30,565 bases of DNA. Origin: Myxococcales bacterium. GTDB taxonomy: Bacteria; Myxococcota; Myxococcia; Myxococcales; Anaeromyxobacteraceae. How positions within the stretch are numbered: position 1 is the first letter of the stretch; the number at the start of each line of letters is the position of its first letter. Below are positions 27,333 through 30,565 of the stretch, piece after piece. The stretch covers positions 1-30,565 of the forward strand of contig JBBQEB010000026.1 of NCBI GenBank assembly GCA_038320275.1, in the 5' to 3' direction. Position numbers and translations under genes: made by a program. Under the pieces are notes generated by a model. The model ran no database searches and was not told the origin of the DNA. It saw only the letters and a list, made by a program, of their open reading frames with translations.

Positions 27333-28831
27333 GCGCGGTGACGGGCGTCCGCCGCTCCCTCCAGCGCCGCCTCGTCCGCCCCATCGCCATCATCGCCTCG
27401 GTCAGCGCCGTCGCGATCGCCGTCCTCGCCTGGGAATCGACAGTCGAGCAGCGGCGGCTCCGGGCGGAGACCGACGACATCCGCCGCGCCGAGGCGCTTC
27501 TCCTGCGGCTCAATCGCCTCTCCGACGACAGCCATCGGCTCACCCTCTCCTACCGTTTTCGAGCGGCGGGGCGCGTCTCCGACGCCATCGCATCGGTGGA
27601 GCAGGAGGTGGAGGAGGTCTTGCAGGAGATCGCCGCCCTTTCCCTGCCCCGGCGCGGCCAGCGGCTCTGGTCGTCGTACCTCGACGCGCGCAGCGTGGGG
27701 CTCCGCGCTCAGCACGGGCTCCTGCGCGCGATCGGGAGCGGCTCGGAGCCAGCCATCGCGGCGGCGTTCGAGCGGTGGGAGTTGACGACGCGCATGGGCG
27801 ACGCGCTCCTCGCCGACTTCAGCGCATTCGACCTGCACCGCATCGACCGCCTGCTCCTCGACGCCCAGGCCCGGCGGCTCCGCGCCCTCCGGCTGCTCCT
27901 CGCGCTCATCGGGCTCGCGGTGCTGGTGGGCGTGCCGTTCTCGGTCGACGTGAGCCGGGGCGTGGTGCGGCCGCTCCTCGCCATGAGCGGGGTGGCCGAG
28001 CGCGTCGCGCGAGAGAAGGTGCCCATCCCGGTCGAGGGCGGGGAACGGACCGACGAGATCGGAGTCCTGGCGCGCTCCTTCAACGAGATGACCGGTGCGC
28101 TCGTCGAGGCCAACGCCCAGCTCGAGGGGGCGCTCGCGATCCGGGACGAGTTCCTCTCCATCGCTTCCCACGAGCTCAAGACCCCGCTCACCTCGCTCAA
28201 GCTGCACCTGGAGGGCGCCGCGCGCGCCGCGGCACGTGCCGGCGAGAAGGTGCCACCCTGGCTGGAGGCTGCCCGCCGCCAGGAGCTCCGGCTGGAGGTG
28301 CTCATCGCGCAGCTCCTCGACGTGAGCCGGATCCGCGGTGGGCGATTCTCCCTTTCACCCGCCGAGACGAACCTGGAAGCCGTCGTGAGCGAGGTGGTGG
28401 ATCGGTTCGAGCCCGATCTCGCCCGCAGCGGTACGGCTGTTTCCATCTCGACGGAGGGCGACCTCATCGGGTGGTGGGACTCGGAGCGGCTCGACCAGGT
28501 GGTGGCAAACCTCGTCGGGAACGCGGTCAAGTACGCTCCGGGCCGTCCGCTCGCGATCCGCCTCGCGGGCGGGGACGAGGGCGTGTCGCTGGAGGTCGCC
28601 GACGGCGGGCCGGGGATCGATGCCGCCACGCAGGCCTTCGTGTTCGACGCATACCGCCGGGGCGCGACCGCCCTCGGCACGGGCGGGCTCGGGCTCGGAC
28701 TCTACATCGTGCGCGAGATCGTACAGGCTCACGGGGGCGCGGTGCGCGTGGAGAGCGCGCTCGACCGGGGGGCCCGATTCCGGGTGGTGCTGCCCCGGAG
28801 AGCGCCCGACCCGCCGGCCGGCGCGGGGTGA
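27329..28831 (+). CDS. HAMP-domain sensor histidine kinase with helical periplasmic domain (500 aa), no cognate regulator nearby
   Basis: TM-periplasmic-TM, HAMP DEIGVLARSFNEM, H-box FLSIASHELKTPLTSL, NLVGNAVKY, DGGPGI, GLGLGLYIVREIV.AHGG. Confidence 0.92.
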   Translation: MSAVTGVRRSLQRRLVRPIAIIASVSAVAIAVLAWESTVEQRRLRAETDDIRRAEALLLRLNRLSDDSHRLTLSYRFRAAGRVSDAIASVEQEVEEVLQEIAALSLPRRGQRLWSSYLDARSVGLRAQHGLLRAIGSGSEPAIAAAFERWELTTRMGDALLADFSAFDLHRIDRLLLDAQARRLRALRLLLALIGLAVLVGVPFSVDVSRGVVRPLLAMSGVAERVAREKVPIPVEGGERTDEIGVLARSFNEMTGALVEANAQLEGALAIRDEFLSIASHELKTPLTSLKLHLEGAARAAARAGEKVPPWLEAARRQELRLEVLIAQLLDVSRIRGGRFSLSPAETNLEAVVSEVVDRFEPDLARSGTAVSISTEGDLIGWWDSERLDQVVANLVGNAVKYAPGRPLAIRLAGGDEGVSLEVADGGPGIDAATQAFVFDAYRRGATALGTGGLGLGLYIVREIVQAHGGAVRVESALDRGARFRVVLPRRAPDPPAGAG

Positions 28832-28950
28832 GCGCCGCGGAGCCGGTGGAGGCGTCGGCTCGACAGCCTGCTCATTGCACGCACGTGCAAGGGTCATGGC
28901 GGCGCTCGGTTCAGATGATTGCCACCGCGGCGCCCCGCCATGGGATCAGT

Positions 28951-29010
28951 TCCGGCGCCTCTGGCGCCTCACTTTCGTGGGGGAGAGCTCTCCCCCCGCA
29001 AACACCCCCC
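28951..29010. repeat. Palindromic (REP-like) two-hairpin element
   Basis: GGCGCC-tct-GGCGCC, then TCACTT, then the perfect 18-bp palindrome GGGGGAGAGCTCTCCCCC (28979-28996), then a C6 run. Same layout as the ABC-F insert. Confidence 0.55.
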
Positions 29011-29158
29011 ATCGCGAGCGTCACTCCGACTGAGCAGCGCTATCAGTCATGCGCCTCGGAGCGACCCTCCCAGGCAGCCGCGCTGCCGCCGCAGTGAATG
29101 ACCGGGCAGGTGTTGGGCGAGCCTACGTGCTACGTCGGAAGGCGCGACGGTGTCGCCA

Positions 29159-30565
29159 TCACGGCCGCGGCCCGTCCCACGGCTCGCCGCGGAGAGACCA
29201 GCGCAGGGCAGGCGCCCGGCCGACGACGCCGAGGAAGCCTGCGTGGACGCAGCGGAGGTGGTGGAAGGCGCAGAGGGCGGCGAGGTTGTCCGGCTCATCG
29301 TCGCCGCCCTGGGAGCGGAAGAGGACGTGGTGGGCGTGCACCGCCCGGTGGCTGCACCCCGGCACCTGGCACTCGCCCCGGTCGCGGTCGCGCGCCTTCC
29401 TGGAACGGGTGCGGGCGGGCTTCACGACGCCCTGCCAGGTCTCCACGAAGTGCTGGGCGAGGAGCGCCAGGCAGGTTCCGGCCGCGAGCGGCGTCCCGAG
29501 GCGCTCCCGCAGGGCCTGGACGGTCGCGGCGAGCAGGGCCGCGATGCGGAGCGGCAGGGGCACCCGAATCACCCGCCGCGCACGCAGCTGCCGCTCGGCC
29601 TCGCCCTCGAGCGCGCGCCGCAGCGCGACGCAGGTGAGCGCGTGGGCACGAGGCGTCCACGACCCGAGCTCCTCTTCCGGGAGGCGCGCCAGGAGCCGCA
29701 GCTTCTCGAAGGGCAATCCCTGCCGCTTCGCCTCCGTGAGCGCGGGGGAGCGCCAGCGCCGCTCCTCCACCGCAGCGCGCTGCTCGACAGAGCGGGCGGA
29801 GAGCCCCAGCCGCTCCTCGCAGTACTGGCGGAAGCTGGCGAAGCCGAGGAGCTGGTACATCCGGCTCTTCTTCACGGCGAGCCCGCAGGAGCCGACGAGG
29901 TCGTCCCACTGTGAGCGCAGCCGGGCCAGCTCCCGGAGGCCGGCGTCGAGCTCCTGAGCGGTGCCCCCCCCTTCCAGCGGCACCCGGGGCACCGGCACGT
30001 CGGGGAGCGTGGACAGGAGCGCCCACCGCTCTGTCTCTCCCTCGAGCTCCGCCGACCGCTCCCGCGCCCCGCCGGCGACGGGGCGGAGGGCCCCGCACAT
30101 CGCGCGCAGGTGGTCGGCGTCAGGGACGTCGGGGTGTGCTGGCAGGACGCCCGCGAGCTCCTGGGCGATGGCCTCGACCTGCTCCAGGCGGCTCGATCCC
30201 GGCAAGAGCCTGCCGGCGAGCTCGAGCGCCTCATCGACCGACTCGCGCTCCTCGTCGTCGAGCGTGGTGCGCAGGGTCAGCCAGGCTTCGTCGTCGTCGT
30301 CGGGCAGCGAGCCCGCCCGGCGCACCCGCTCCTCCAGTTCGCGCACCGTGAGCCGCGCCGCCCGCTCCACCCAGACCCGCTCGTCGTCGCCCTTCGCGAC
30401 CCAGAGCACCGTCTGCGCGGCGCGCAGCCGGACCCGGCCCGACCGCAGCGCCTCGCGGAGCAGAGGCCGGATCCCCAGCTCGCGGCCCAATCTCGCCAGC
30501 TCCTCCGCCGCGCGCCTGCCCAGGTCGAGCACCTCGCGCGCGTAGTCGTCGAGGTGGCAGCCGAG
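29159..30565 (-). CDS. Large HNH endonuclease-domain protein (DUF222/13E12-like architecture), 5' end beyond the window
   Basis: C-terminal RDRGECQVPGC..HAHHV.FRSQGG.....NLAALCAFHH.CVH. The frame is open to the window edge (>468 aa) and has a long helical N-terminal region. Confidence 0.88.
   Translation of the reverse strand, partial: LGCHLDDYAREVLDLGRRAAEELARLGRELGIRPLLREALRSGRVRLRAAQTVLWVAKGDDERVWVERAARLTVRELEERVRRAGSLPDDDDEAWLTLRTTLDDEERESVDEALELAGRLLPGSSRLEQVEAIAQELAGVLPAHPDVPDADHLRAMCGALRPVAGGARERSAELEGETERWALLSTLPDVPVPRVPLEGGGTAQELDAGLRELARLRSQWDDLVGSCGLAVKKSRMYQLLGFASFRQYCEERLGLSARSVEQRAAVEERRWRSPALTEAKRQGLPFEKLRLLARLPEEELGSWTPRAHALTCVALRRALEGEAERQLRARRVIRVPLPLRIAALLAATVQALRERLGTPLAAGTCLALLAQHFVETWQGVVKPARTRSRKARDRDRGECQVPGCSHRAVHAHHVLFRSQGGDDEPDNLAALCAFHHLRCVHAGFLGVVGRAPALRWSLRGEPWDGPRP

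Noticed and set aside
29159..30565. IscB, Cas9 or TnpB identity for the HNH protein
   Set aside because: No RuvC motifs or bridge helix in the visible part, and the HNH domain is at the extreme C-terminus.

Overview
Very GC-rich bacterial DNA, most consistent with Myxococcota (Anaeromyxobacter-like), judged from the DAG-repeat lipoproteins, the sigma54 two-component system and the large HNH protein. The housekeeping backbone runs: partial TolC, sensor kinase, NtrC-type regulator; mscL; pruA; a Cpx-like trio (Spy/CpxP, OmpR-type regulator, HAMP kinase); an ABC-F ATPase; BI-1/YccA; an outer-membrane beta-barrel; gltD-gltB; a LigC-like ligase; an SsuA/NMT1-like binding protein with a HAMP kinase; and a 5'-truncated HNH endonuclease. 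The unusual content is: (1) two paralogous copies of an uncharacterised two-gene module, a lipoprotein gluzincin-type metallopeptidase plus a small lipoprotein partner; (2) copy 1 sits in a ~2.7 kb integrase-free islet bounded by a 48-bp direct repeat of the ABC-F 3' end; (3) a two-hairpin palindromic element is inserted in frame, twice in tandem, inside the ABC-F second ATPase domain, with degenerate relatives at the islet boundary and downstream of the HNH gene; (4) a frameshifted doc pseudogene; (5) a probably chimeric first ~150 bp. No rRNA, tRNA, CRISPR array, integrase or reverse transcriptase was found. All family assignments come from motif recognition by eye; no database searches were run.
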